64,000 nt of DNA, taken from an uncultured Fidelibacterota bacterium. GTDB taxonomy: Bacteria; Fidelibacterota; Marinisomatia; Marinisomatales; UBA1611. The notes beneath the pieces were generated by a model. It did not search any database. It saw only the letters and a list, made by a program, of their open reading frames with translations, and was not told the origin of the DNA. Location of the stretch: assembly GCA_913040915.1 (NCBI GenBank), contig CAJWHW010000002.1:22129-86128 (forward strand), given 5' to 3'. The position numbers and the translations under genes are program-made. This document shows, piece after piece, positions 19,113-28,560 of this stretch. Position 1 is the first letter of the stretch. The number at the start of each line of letters is the position of its first letter.

Positions 19113-19836
19113 TTTTTAATTTCTCCATACGATTATCTAAAGATTCCATTGCCAGTTTGACATTTTTTATCATGTCTTTTGTATAGGGGTTATAAAGTTG
19201 CAGATCTGTATATAATTCCCACGTATCGTTACAGGTTTGATCTACTAAGTCCAGTAGGTCGCGAAACCCTTGAGTGTCAATAACAGTTTTACTGATACCA
19301 TATTCCTTTAGCATTCTACCAAGAAAATGTGTTACTCCCTGAGTTTTAGCGGCCAGTTTATCATGTTGATCTGGAGACATTTCCATAACTTGGATTCCTT
19401 GATCAGTGAAAAATTGTTTCCAGAAAGAAAATTGGTTATGGTGATCTCGAGTATTGTCCATCATCATTTTTAGGCGATTATTCGAAAAATATGAATCGGG
19501 TCCAAACATGGGGTGGGTAGCAATGATACTTACCTGTTCCGGAAGTATCTTTTTCATGACTTCAGTAGGATATTTTTTCACTGAACATACATCAATTACT
19601 AAGGCTTGTTCAGAAAGCTTTGAAGCAATATTCTGGATCACGGATTCAAAGTGCCTTATCGGAACTGCAATGAAAATTACCTCTTCCTTTAAAACAGTGG
19701 TTAAGTCAGCAATTTCCACTCCGGTGAATGTATGAGGAGGGGTCAGGTCGTATGTTTTAATAGCGAACCCTTTTTGTAAAATATTGGCTAGAACTTTTCC
19801 AAATCTGCCAAAACCTATTAATCCTACACTTTTCAT
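19099..19836 (-). CDS. tyrA: prephenate/arogenate dehydrogenase
   Basis: 245 aa. It has the Rossmann motif VGLIGFGRFGKVLA and the HPMFGP motif. No C-terminal ACT domain is present. Confidence 0.85.
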   Translation of the reverse strand: MKSVGLIGFGRFGKVLANILQKGFAIKTYDLTPPHTFTGVEIADLTTVLKEEVIFIAVPIRHFESVIQNIASKLSEQALVIDVCSVKKYPTEVMKKILPEQVSIIATHPMFGPDSYFSNNRLKMMMDNTRDHHNQFSFWKQFFTDQGIQVMEMSPDQHDKLAAKTQGVTHFLGRMLKEYGISKTVIDTQGFRDLLDLVDQTCNDTWELYTDLQLYNPYTKDMIKNVKLAMESLDNRMEKLKNVAT

Positions 19837-20406
19837 TTATTCTCCAAGGTGTTTAACCCCAAGAAATAAGGTCAAATTATGCTTTAGGTCATGAATACTT
19901 TCTTGGAGGATCTCAAGTCCATAAAGGTCTGCGCAAGCTTTATTGGCAATAACACCTGCAGTTGGTGGTAGTTTTCCTTCTGATAACCTTCTTGCTGCTT
20001 CTGCTGTATCATCTTCCTCGATAAGTGGACGTGTCCAAAAATGTTCACTCAGGTAATCTTTACACTGCCGCAGAGCTTGTTGGTGAGAATGGATTTCAGT
20101 CACATCTCCAATATTAGTACCGGTTAATCCTAAAAGATTTTGATTAACAGTGATGTGAAACATTTCTACAATTTCACAGCGATATTTTGCTAAAGCTTCT
20201 ACACTTTCGATCACGACTCCGCCTTGGGCATTTTCCATAGCAAAAACACCATACTCTGTAACACCATTTTCAACACCATGCAGCACAGATTTTGATGAAA
20301 TTTGATAAATAACTTTTGCATCTAAAATTCCGTGGTTTTTTGCAAATTCAGATGCAGCTTCTTCTGAAAAACTTCCTTTTCCGCCTTGTATACCAATAGT
20401 ACTCAT
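19837..20406 (-). CDS. pheA: prephenate dehydratase, catalytic domain only (no ACT domain)
   Basis: 189 aa. It starts IGIQGGKGSFSEEAA and ends 7 residues after an NLTLF (NxTRF-like) motif. tyrA starts at the next base. Confidence 0.85.
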   Translation of the reverse strand: MSTIGIQGGKGSFSEEAASEFAKNHGILDAKVIYQISSKSVLHGVENGVTEYGVFAMENAQGGVVIESVEALAKYRCEIVEMFHITVNQNLLGLTGTNIGDVTEIHSHQQALRQCKDYLSEHFWTRPLIEEDDTAEAARRLSEGKLPPTAGVIANKACADLYGLEILQESIHDLKHNLTLFLGVKHLGE

Positions 20407-21173
20407 AAAATTCCTTTCAGTTCTTTAATAAATTGGTTTGTTTTTGTAATAGGATCATCACAGTTATCCATATTATTAATAATTGCTGATCCTACAACTG
20501 CACCATCCGAATAATTATTAAACCAAACAACATCATCTTTATTACTAATACCAAACCCTACTATAAATGGAGTCGTACTATTTTCACGAACTCTTGTTAA
20601 ATAATTTTTTAAAGCATCCCTTGATATAAGATTATCTCCAGTAATACCTAATATGCTTACTGCATAAATGAGATCTCCTGCTAATATTGAAATGTTTTTA
20701 ATTCGTTCATTAGTTGTATTTGGTGCTACCAACAAGATAGGGGAGATGCCTTTTTCTTTGGCTAACTCACAAAATGACTCGGCCTCATCTAATGGTAAAT
20801 CAGGAAGAATCAAACCATCCACACCTGAAGCAACACAACGATCTAGAAAAATCTCGTGCCCCATTTTTAAGATCGGATTATAATATCCCATCAGGGCTAA
20901 AGGGATGGAAACTTTATTACGTATCTGCGTTGCTTGCTCAAAAATCAAATTTAATGTTATACCATTATCTAAGGCCTGCTGGCTAGATGCTTGAATTATA
21001 GGTCCATCTGCTTGTGGGTCAGAAAATGGAATTCCAATCTCAATCATATCTGCCCCTGCATCAGTGGCAGCACAGACTAACTCTACAGTACTGTCTAAAT
21101 TTGGATATCCTGCTGTTATGAAAGGAATGAGTTTTTTTCGAGGTTCTTTAAATAAAGCTTGAATACCGTTCAT
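20403..21173 (-). CDS. trpA: tryptophan synthase alpha chain
   Basis: 256 aa. It contains [31 protein letters not shown] and GFGIS. Confidence 0.95.
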   Translation of the reverse strand: MNGIQALFKEPRKKLIPFITAGYPNLDSTVELVCAATDAGADMIEIGIPFSDPQADGPIIQASSQQALDNGITLNLIFEQATQIRNKVSIPLALMGYYNPILKMGHEIFLDRCVASGVDGLILPDLPLDEAESFCELAKEKGISPILLVAPNTTNERIKNISILAGDLIYAVSILGITGDNLISRDALKNYLTRVRENSTTPFIVGFGISNKDDVVWFNNYSDGAVVGSAIINNMDNCDDPITKTNQFIKELKGIL

Positions 21174-22375
21174 AGTTTTTCTCCTAAGGTTTCAGCAACG
21201 GTATTAACGTCTTTATCACCACGACCAGAAAGGCAGACCAAGACATCTTCATTTGGTTTAATTCCATTATTTGATTGACGTAAATAAGCTATAGCATGAG
21301 CAGTCTCAAGTGCTGGTAGTATACCTTCTTTTTTTGATAACCATTGAAATGCGTCTAATGCTTCCTGGTCTGTGGCAGAGCGGTATTCTATTCTACCTAC
21401 TTCGTTTAAATAACTATGTTCTGGGCCGATGCCAGGATAATCTAGGCCAGCGGAAATGGAATGGGGTAGAATAACCTGCCCATCATTATTTTGAAGTAAA
21501 GTAGAAGCAGCGCCATGCAATACTCCAAATTCTCCTTTATTCATAGTGGCAGCATGTTCTCCAGATTCAAGCCCTTTACCAGCTGCTTCAACTCCAATAA
21601 TCTTTACATCATCTTTCAGAAATGAATAAAATAATCCCATTGCATTTGATCCGCCTCCCACACAGGCAACTAAACGATCTGGTAAAATTTTATCAGATTG
21701 TTGAGAAAATTGTTTTTTTGTCTCCTTCCCAATTATTGATTGAAAGTCTCTTACAAGCATTGGATAAGGATGGGGGCCAACGGTTGAGCCAATTAAATAA
21801 TAGGTGGATTCAACATTAGTTACCCAATCACGGATAGCTTCATTGGTGGCATCCTTTAAAGTCATGCTACCTGAAGACACTGGTCTGACTTCAGCATTAA
21901 GTAATTTCATCCGAAATACATTTAATTTTTGTCTTCGTATGTCTTCTTCGCCCATATAAATAATACATTCTAACCCAAATCGTGCAGCAACCGTAGCGGT
22001 GGCAACGCCATGCTGCCCAGCACCAGTTTCAGCAATAATTCGTTTTTTCCCCATTTGCTTAGCCAATAAGATCTGCCCCAAAGCATTGTTGATTTTATGA
22101 GCTCCGGTATGATTTAGATCTTCTCTCTTTAGCCATATATTAAATTCCAATTCTTTTGAAATACGTTCTGCGAAGTAGAGAGCTGTCTCACGTCCTGAAT
22201 AATGATTAAGTAAATTATTTAACTCATCTTGAAAAAAGCGATCATTTGTTGCCCTAAGATATTGTTTCTCTAATTCTTCTAGAGCTGGAATAAGTGTCTC
22301 GGGTACATACTTTCCACCAAACTTATCAAAATGTCCTCGTTCATCTGGAAGGTTATAATTATCAAATTTTCTCAT
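21170..22375 (-). CDS. trpB: tryptophan synthase beta chain
   Basis: It contains [15 protein letters not shown] and [12 protein letters not shown] prefer the ATG at 22375 ([14 protein letters not shown]). The ORF-track start at 22411 would overlap trpF by 29 nt. Confidence 0.93.
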   Translation of the reverse strand: MRKFDNYNLPDERGHFDKFGGKYVPETLIPALEELEKQYLRATNDRFFQDELNNLLNHYSGRETALYFAERISKELEFNIWLKREDLNHTGAHKINNALGQILLAKQMGKKRIIAETGAGQHGVATATVAARFGLECIIYMGEEDIRRQKLNVFRMKLLNAEVRPVSSGSMTLKDATNEAIRDWVTNVESTYYLIGSTVGPHPYPMLVRDFQSIIGKETKKQFSQQSDKILPDRLVACVGGGSNAMGLFYSFLKDDVKIIGVEAAGKGLESGEHAATMNKGEFGVLHGAASTLLQNNDGQVILPHSISAGLDYPGIGPEHSYLNEVGRIEYRSATDQEALDAFQWLSKKEGILPALETAHAIAYLRQSNNGIKPNEDVLVCLSGRGDKDVNTVAETLGEKL

Positions 22376-22382
22376 TTTTTTA

Positions 22383-23030
22383 TCATGATTTAAGTAAACC
22401 AGAGAATACATTAAAATTTGTGACAGTATCTCTGATATTTTTAAAAAATAATTTAATTTTTAGGTGATCTTTTATGCCTGGTGATTTTTCTAAACCACTA
22501 TTTAAGTCAATGGCATCAGGTTTCATTAATTTAATTGCCTTCAAAACATTTTCTGAATTAAGTCCGCCAGAAAGGATAATCGGTTTATCTGTTGGATTTA
22601 TAAAAAGTGACCAGTCAAAAGTTTCTCCTGTGCCTCCATATTTATCCTTTGAAAAAGTATCAAATAAAAATGCATCTACATTATAATCATTCATAATTGA
22701 AAAGCTACCTGAATTTCTAATATGAAGTGCTTTTATTACAGGTAATTGAAACTGTTCACAGAATTCCGGTGATTCATCTCCGTGTAATTGAATTATGTTC
22801 AAGGGCACATTTTGGACTGCTTCTAAAATGAATGGCATAGACTGATCAACAAAAACCCCCAGTTTTATTGTTTTATCAGGTAAATGATCTGAAATAAATT
22901 TTGCTTTTTTGATAGTGATAGCACGGGGACTCTTATCATAAAAAATAAATCCAATTGCTGCTGCACCAAATTCTAATGCGCATTGAGCATCTGCAATATT
23001 TGTAATCCCACATACCTTTGTTGCCATCAT
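22383..23030 (-). CDS. trpF: phosphoribosylanthranilate isomerase
   Basis: 215 aa. It contains [19 protein letters not shown] and IQLHGDE. Confidence 0.9.
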   Translation of the reverse strand: MMATKVCGITNIADAQCALEFGAAAIGFIFYDKSPRAITIKKAKFISDHLPDKTIKLGVFVDQSMPFILEAVQNVPLNIIQLHGDESPEFCEQFQLPVIKALHIRNSGSFSIMNDYNVDAFLFDTFSKDKYGGTGETFDWSLFINPTDKPIILSGGLNSENVLKAIKLMKPDAIDLNSGLEKSPGIKDHLKIKLFFKNIRDTVTNFNVFSGLLKS

Positions 23031-23788
23031 ACTAATTCTCCCACTAAATCGTCTAAAGCTTTGCCAGGATTTCCAGTTTTCATGAGTGAAGTTCCAACTA
23101 AAACCGCATCATACCCTAAATCATAAACATATTTAAGATCATCGGGAGACTTTATTCCGCTTTCTGCTACTTTTAGAGAAGATCTTGGTAAATAATTTAC
23201 TATCTTTGAAAAATAGGATATATCAGTATTCATTGTTTTTAAATCTCGACAGTTAACACCCACAATTTCTGGTTTAATCTCTCCAATAATTTTTGCATTT
23301 TCATCACTGTGGAATTCTACCAATACATCTAGATTCATTTTATTCCCAATAGCTATTAATTCAGCAATTTTCCTATCATCTAAAGCTTCTGCAATAAGTA
23401 AAAAAGCATCCGCTTTGGCGAAACCTGATTGAATTATTTGACATGGATCAATAATAAAATCCTTACGAAGAATAGGAATAGATACTTCATTCTTTATTGA
23501 TTCTAAAACGTCAATATGTCCGCCGAAAAACTGTTGATCTGTTAATACTGAAATTGCTGAAGCACCTGCTGACTCATAATCCTTAGCAATCTGAATTGGG
23601 TCAGCATTTGGCAGGATTAAGCCTTCACTGGGAGATTTCATTTTAATTTCAGCTATAATCGATAACCTTTGATTTGTAAGAGCATCTTTCAGGCTTAATG
23701 TATGAAATGGTTCAACCCCATTAGCAAAAGGCGGCATGTGCTCTATCTCTTTCTGCTTGATATCTAAAATTTGTTCAAGGATATTCAT
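23027..23788 (-). CDS. trpC: indole-3-glycerol phosphate synthase
   Basis: 253 aa. It contains IIAEIKMKSPS, AISVLTDQQFFGG and LRKDFIIDPCQI. Confidence 0.93.
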   Translation of the reverse strand: MNILEQILDIKQKEIEHMPPFANGVEPFHTLSLKDALTNQRLSIIAEIKMKSPSEGLILPNADPIQIAKDYESAGASAISVLTDQQFFGGHIDVLESIKNEVSIPILRKDFIIDPCQIIQSGFAKADAFLLIAEALDDRKIAELIAIGNKMNLDVLVEFHSDENAKIIGEIKPEIVGVNCRDLKTMNTDISYFSKIVNYLPRSSLKVAESGIKSPDDLKYVYDLGYDAVLVGTSLMKTGNPGKALDDLVGELV

Positions 23789-24780
23789 TTTGTCATTTGT
23801 GATAACACATTTAGTGCCGCACCTGAATCAATAGACTCAGATGCTTTTAATAATCCTTCTTTTAGGGTTTTTGCCTTATTACCTACAACGATCCCAGCAG
23901 CTGCATTAATTAAAACAATATCACGTTTGGGCCCCATTTCACCATTTAAAATGTTTTTAATAATCTTCGCATTTTCTTTTGGGTTGTAACCCATCAGATC
24001 ATCTAAAGAAGCTTGATTTAAACCTAGCTTTCTAGAATCAAATTCGATTGTTGAAACATGCCCACCATTTTGCATTTGGCTGATTTTTGTGGTAGTTGTT
24101 GTAGAGATTTCATCTAAACCATCACGGCCGTGAAAAACCATTACATCTGTAGAACCTAATGCTTTTAATACGTTTGTTTGAACCTCAGTCAAATCAGGAT
24201 GAAAGATGCCCATAGCTTGAGCTTTAACATTTGCAGGATTACACAGGGGACCAAGAATGTTGAAAACTGTTCGTGTGGCTAAAGCAGTTCTTGCTCCAAT
24301 AGCATGTTTCATAGCTGGGTGGTATGCCGGTGCGAACATAAAACCCAATCTATAATTTTCTATATCCTCTAAAAATTTATCTACAGATTTGTCAATAATA
24401 ATTCCTAATTCTTGAAGAACATCGGCCGATCCTGATTTAGATGTCATGGAACGGTTCCCATGTTTTGCAACACGCACACCTGTCCCAGCTACAACAAATG
24501 TTGCTGCAGTGGAGATATTGAATGTACCCGATGCATCACCGCCAGTACCACACATATCAATGGCTGGTGTACTTAGTGGAACTGTAACCATTTTTTCTCT
24601 CATGGCCTTTGCAAAGCCTGTGATTTCATCCACTGTTTCACCTTTAGCCCGAAGCGCTACTAAAAATCCAGAAATTTGTGCATCATTATATTCCCCTGAC
24701 ATAATGGATAGCATTACTCTAAAAGCTTCATCTTTAGAAAGATTTTGTTTATCTAATAATTGTTCTAATATTTGTTTCAT
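23785..24780 (-). CDS. trpD: anthranilate phosphoribosyltransferase
   Basis: 331 aa. It contains DMCGTGGDASGTFNIST, KHGNRSMTSKSGSADVL and NILGPLCNP. Confidence 0.95.
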   Translation of the reverse strand: MKQILEQLLDKQNLSKDEAFRVMLSIMSGEYNDAQISGFLVALRAKGETVDEITGFAKAMREKMVTVPLSTPAIDMCGTGGDASGTFNISTAATFVVAGTGVRVAKHGNRSMTSKSGSADVLQELGIIIDKSVDKFLEDIENYRLGFMFAPAYHPAMKHAIGARTALATRTVFNILGPLCNPANVKAQAMGIFHPDLTEVQTNVLKALGSTDVMVFHGRDGLDEISTTTTTKISQMQNGGHVSTIEFDSRKLGLNQASLDDLMGYNPKENAKIIKNILNGEMGPKRDIVLINAAAGIVVGNKAKTLKEGLLKASESIDSGAALNVLSQMTK

Positions 24781-24834
24781 TGTAAGCTCAAAGACTCTAG
24801 TTATAACTGTAGTTATATTTTTGTTTTAACAAGA

Positions 24835-25404
24835 TCAACATTTTATTGTTAAGAAGTTTTTTATTATTTGTAAACCATTCTCAGTTGCTATGGATTCAGG
24901 ATGAAATTGTAATCCATAGACTGGATCATTTTTGTGTTCTATGGCCATAATTAGGCCATTGTTTAATTCTGCTGTTATTATTAATTCTTTAGGGAGTAAT
25001 TTTTTGTCAGCTACTAATGAATGATAGCGAGTGGCCATAAAAGATCCTGAAAATCCTTTGAATAGAGCAGATCCATTATGTTGAATCTTTGCAGTCTTAC
25101 CATGAACAATCTCCGATGAATGAACTACTGTGCCACCATAAGCAATTGTAATTGCTTGATGGCCAAGACAGACTCCAAGTATAGGAATTTCTTTCCCATA
25201 TTTTTTAATAATATTTACAGAATGACCCGCATTTTCAGGCCTCCCGGGTCCAGGAGAGATGACAATATGAGTTGGATCCCAATGAACAATATCATCCAAT
25301 TCGAATTGATTATTTCGTATCACTTTCACATCTGGATTAAGAACACCGATGTATTGTACCAGATTAAATGTGAAAGAGTCGTAATTATCAATAACTAAGA
25401 TCAT
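24835..25404 (-). CDS. trpG: anthranilate synthase component II (glutamine amidotransferase)
   Basis: 189 aa. It contains MILVIDNYDSFTFNLVQY, GVCLGHQ and LQFHPES. Confidence 0.93.
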   Translation of the reverse strand: MILVIDNYDSFTFNLVQYIGVLNPDVKVIRNNQFELDDIVHWDPTHIVISPGPGRPENAGHSVNIIKKYGKEIPILGVCLGHQAITIAYGGTVVHSSEIVHGKTAKIQHNGSALFKGFSGSFMATRYHSLVADKKLLPKELIITAELNNGLIMAIEHKNDPVYGLQFHPESIATENGLQIIKNFLTIKC

Positions 25405-26885
25405 GCTGCTAATCCATCCTCTGCGAAGTCAATTGCTGACATGATAGCCTTGGCCTTACTTACCGTTTCCTCAAATTCTTTGGTGGGGTCTGAATCATAG
25501 ACAATGCCTGCACCGGACTGAAAATGGACGGATCCATTTTTCATAATCATAGTCCTTATAGCTATACAAGTATTTACATTGCCGGTAAAATCAAAAAACC
25601 CGACAGCACCTGAATAAATATTTCGTCGTTCAGGTTCTAGATCTTTGATTATTTCCATAGCTCGAATTTTGGGAGCACCTGTAACCGTACCAGCAGGGAA
25701 ACCACTCATAAGCGCATCAAATGGATCTTTATGTTCGGCAAGCTTTCCTTTTACATCAGAAACAATATGCATAACGTGGGAATAATTTTCGATTACCATA
25801 TTCTCGGGAATGGTAATTGACCCAAATTCTGAGACACGGCCCACGTCATTTCTGCCCAGATCTAAAAGCATAAGGTGTTCTGCTCTTTCCTTTTCATCAT
25901 TTAATAGTTCGTGCGCTAATTTTTTATCTTCATCAACTGAGTCCCCACGTTTACGCGTGCCTGCAATAGGGCGGATTTCCACATTGCCATCTTCTACTTT
26001 TACTAAGAGTTCAGGTGATGCACCAATAATATCAAAATCATTAATCTTTAAATGGAACATATATGGTGATGGATTAATGTTTCTCAAAGCTCGGTAAAGG
26101 GTTGTAGCCTCTACATCGGTGGCCCTTTCGAACCGCTGACTGAGAACCAGTTGAAAAATATCACCGTTGACAATATACTCTTTAGCTTTAGCCACTGCTT
26201 TCTCAAATTTATTTTGATCAAAATTTGAAATTACTTTACTTTTTTTTACTTGTATTGGCGTCTGATAATCCACATTAGTATGTAGTGATTCGCCAATTAT
26301 ATCTATCTTTGAATGTGCTTTATTAAATTGGAATTCCAAATCTGCTGAATCATCAATATTAACATTTGAGATTACTAATGCAGACCCTTTTAAGTGATCG
26401 AAAGCAATTATGTTTTCAAATAACATAAAGACTGAATCAGGTATATTTAATGCTGAATCTGTGTGAATTGGAATATCTTCGAACCAGGTGATAGTCTCAT
26501 AGCCAAGGTAACCAACTAGTCCACCGGTAAAAGATGGAATCCCGGGAAACTTCATCATTTTATATTGAGATTGAATATCGCGAAGTAAATCTAAAAATGG
26601 TGTTTCCACTTTATTTTTGTTACCATTTTTATAGATAATTGTTTGTCCATTTTTGTGTGTCAATATTTGTTTTGGATTAATTCCTACATAAGAATATCTG
26701 GTATATTGATTCCCTTTTTCTACAGATTCTAGTATGAAAGCATATTTAGCCTTTTGAGATAAATGTATCCATGCTGCCACGGGCGTAAGAAGATCTGCCA
26801 GGATACGTTTATATACAGGTATAGTTCGGTTCCCTTGGGAAACCAAATCTTGAAATTCTTTGTAGGTCAGTTGAGTTTTATCCAT
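25401..26885 (-). CDS. trpE: anthranilate synthase component I
   Basis: It contains LADLLTPVAAW, PSPYMF and GAVGFFDF-GN. I prefer the ATG at 26885 (MDKTQL). The ORF-track TTG at 26894 lies inside the terminator T-tract. Confidence 0.95.
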   Translation of the reverse strand: MDKTQLTYKEFQDLVSQGNRTIPVYKRILADLLTPVAAWIHLSQKAKYAFILESVEKGNQYTRYSYVGINPKQILTHKNGQTIIYKNGNKNKVETPFLDLLRDIQSQYKMMKFPGIPSFTGGLVGYLGYETITWFEDIPIHTDSALNIPDSVFMLFENIIAFDHLKGSALVISNVNIDDSADLEFQFNKAHSKIDIIGESLHTNVDYQTPIQVKKSKVISNFDQNKFEKAVAKAKEYIVNGDIFQLVLSQRFERATDVEATTLYRALRNINPSPYMFHLKINDFDIIGASPELLVKVEDGNVEIRPIAGTRKRGDSVDEDKKLAHELLNDEKERAEHLMLLDLGRNDVGRVSEFGSITIPENMVIENYSHVMHIVSDVKGKLAEHKDPFDALMSGFPAGTVTGAPKIRAMEIIKDLEPERRNIYSGAVGFFDFTGNVNTCIAIRTMIMKNGSVHFQSGAGIVYDSDPTKEFEETVSKAKAIMSAIDFAEDGLAA

Positions 26886-26892
26886 TTTGCGC

Positions 26893-26921
26893 AAAAAAAA
26901 ACCCCGATCATTGCCGGGGTT
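26893..26921 (-). terminator. intrinsic terminator of the aromatic (trp-type) attenuator, 7 nt upstream of the trpE ATG
   Basis: The minus-strand RNA reads AACCCCGG-CAAUGA-UCGGGG followed by U9 (plus-strand A-run 26893-26901). The stem has five G-C pairs and one G-U pair, and the two flanking A residues can pair with the first two U residues. Confidence 0.8.
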
Positions 26922-26955
26922 AAAGTGCAGTCAATATATACAGGTATCCCTGGGA

Positions 26956-27024
26956 CTACGTAACCCCTTTAAGGCTAAAAAACCAATACCAGTTGTAATA
27001 ATTTTCTATGTTTTTGTAATTCAT
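26956..27024 (-). CDS. aromatic-codon leader peptide (22 aa) of the trpE...aroQ operon
   Basis: The minus strand reads ATG AAT TAC AAA AAC ATA GAA AAT TAT TAC AAC TGG TAT TGG TTT TTT AGC CTT AAA GGG GTT ACG TAG, which is MNYKNIENYYNWYWFFSLKGVT. Seven of eight consecutive codons are Tyr, Trp or Phe. Its last codons carry GGGGUUA (26967-26961), which is complementary to the 5' terminator arm UAACCCC (26922-26916). Confidence 0.7.
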   Translation of the reverse strand: MNYKNIENYYNWYWFFSLKGVT

Positions 27025-27064
27025 AGCATCAAATATTAAGGAAAAGTGAGAACTGTATCCAACA

Positions 27065-27337
27065 TTATTTATTTTTTTGAAATTTTTTTGAAATTTTATA
27101 AACAGGATCAAAAATTGAAGCAATATCTTCTTTATTTAGCTTTCCATCCAATTTATTGGCAAGATGCTCTATAATTTCTTTTTCTCGATTTGGATCATGG
27201 ATTTTAATATTATTGGATGCTTTGATTTCACCAATCTGTTTTGAAATAGAAAAACGCTTTAAAAGAAAATCTAATATTTGATTATCTAAATAATCAATTT
27301 TGTCTCGCAGTGAATCAATTTTCTCTTTTGGGTTCAT
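27065..27337 (-). CDS. chorismate mutase, monofunctional AroQ class
   Basis: 90 aa, all-helical. LRDKIDYLDNQILDFLLKRFSISKQIGEIK is typical of an AroQ chorismate mutase. Confidence 0.85.
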   Translation of the reverse strand: MNPKEKIDSLRDKIDYLDNQILDFLLKRFSISKQIGEIKASNNIKIHDPNREKEIIEHLANKLDGKLNKEDIASIFDPVYKISKKFQKNK

Positions 27338-27394
27338 GAATTAAACTACACAAATCATAAATTGGTTAGAAAGTGAAATAATCAAAATATTTAA

Positions 27395-28537
27395 TTAAGT
27401 TTGTTCCAATGCCTGTTTGAGGTCAGCAATAATATCTTTGTGGTTTTCTATCCCCACGGAAATTCGCACTAAACCATCTGTGAGGCCTCGGGCATCTCGT
27501 TCTTTTTTCGGGACATCCGCATGGGTCATGGTAGCAGGGTGAGTGATCATGGTTTCCACAGAACCCAAACTTTCTGCTAACTTTGCCAATTGAACAGAAT
27601 TCATCACAATTTTTGCTGCGGGGATGCCGCCAATTAATTCAAAAGAAATCATACCACTATATCCGGACATTTGTTTTTTGGCAATAGCGTGGCAAGGATG
27701 AGAAGGGAGTCCAGGATATGCTACCCGGAATACTTTAGGATGAGCCTCTAAATATTCCGCTACTGCTTGGGCATTTGAAAAATGCTTTTTCATTCGTATA
27801 TCCAATGTTTTAACACCGAGAATGGTGAGCCAGCAATCAAAGGGCCCGGGAACGGCGCCAATGGTTTTTTGGATGAATTTCAGTTTTTCAAACAAGTCTT
27901 CCCTATTGGTAATTACTACGCCCCCAATCAATTGGTTATGGCCGCTTAAATATTTGGTAGTACTGTGCATCACCAAATCTGCACCGAATTCCATTGGTCG
28001 GAGGAAAACAGGTGTAGCAAAGGTAGAATCCACTCCAAATAAGATATTATGTTTTTTAGCAATTTCACCAACAGCTTCAAGATCTGTGATCTTTAATAAT
28101 GGGTTTGTGGGTGTTTCTATCCAAATTAATTTTGTTTTGGGTTGAATTGCATTTTCAACATTTGTAGGAATGGAAGAATCTACATACGTGAAATGTAAAT
28201 CATAATTCACTAAGATCTGGTTAAAATACCGGGACACGCCACCGTAAACATCATCGGAACAAATGATATGGTCGCCTGCTTTCAACAATTTTAAAACACC
28301 ATCCACAGCGGACATACCACTAGCAAAGGCAATTCCAAATTGTCCTCCATCAAGCTCGGCTAAAATTTCTTCCATAACCTGTCTTGTGGGGTTGGATGAA
28401 CGGGTATAGTCAAATCCTTTATCTTGGCCAACTTCTTCCAAAACGTAAGTGGCTGTTTGGTAGACAGGCGGTAGGATAGACCCAGTAGTAGGATCAGGTT
28501 CTGTACCTGCCTGGACAACTTTTGTATCAAATTTCAT
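27395..28537 (-). CDS. Cys/Met-metabolism PLP enzyme (cystathionine gamma-synthase, beta-lyase or gamma-lyase family)
   Basis: 380 aa. It contains TKVVQAG..PDPTTGSILPPVYQTATY and the lysine motif HSTTKYLSGH. The exact reaction cannot be assigned from sequence alone. Confidence 0.85.
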   Translation of the reverse strand: MKFDTKVVQAGTEPDPTTGSILPPVYQTATYVLEEVGQDKGFDYTRSSNPTRQVMEEILAELDGGQFGIAFASGMSAVDGVLKLLKAGDHIICSDDVYGGVSRYFNQILVNYDLHFTYVDSSIPTNVENAIQPKTKLIWIETPTNPLLKITDLEAVGEIAKKHNILFGVDSTFATPVFLRPMEFGADLVMHSTTKYLSGHNQLIGGVVITNREDLFEKLKFIQKTIGAVPGPFDCWLTILGVKTLDIRMKKHFSNAQAVAEYLEAHPKVFRVAYPGLPSHPCHAIAKKQMSGYSGMISFELIGGIPAAKIVMNSVQLAKLAESLGSVETMITHPATMTHADVPKKERDARGLTDGLVRISVGIENHKDIIADLKQALEQT

Positions 28538-28560
28538 AAAAGATCCTGTGTTCTAATTCA

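Noticed and set aside
24802-24817. Inverted repeat TATAACT-GT-AGTTATA in the 54-nt trpD-trpG gap.
   Set aside because: An AT-only 7-bp repeat is plausible by chance in this composition. The 2-nt loop excludes an RNA hairpin. I found no matching site elsewhere.
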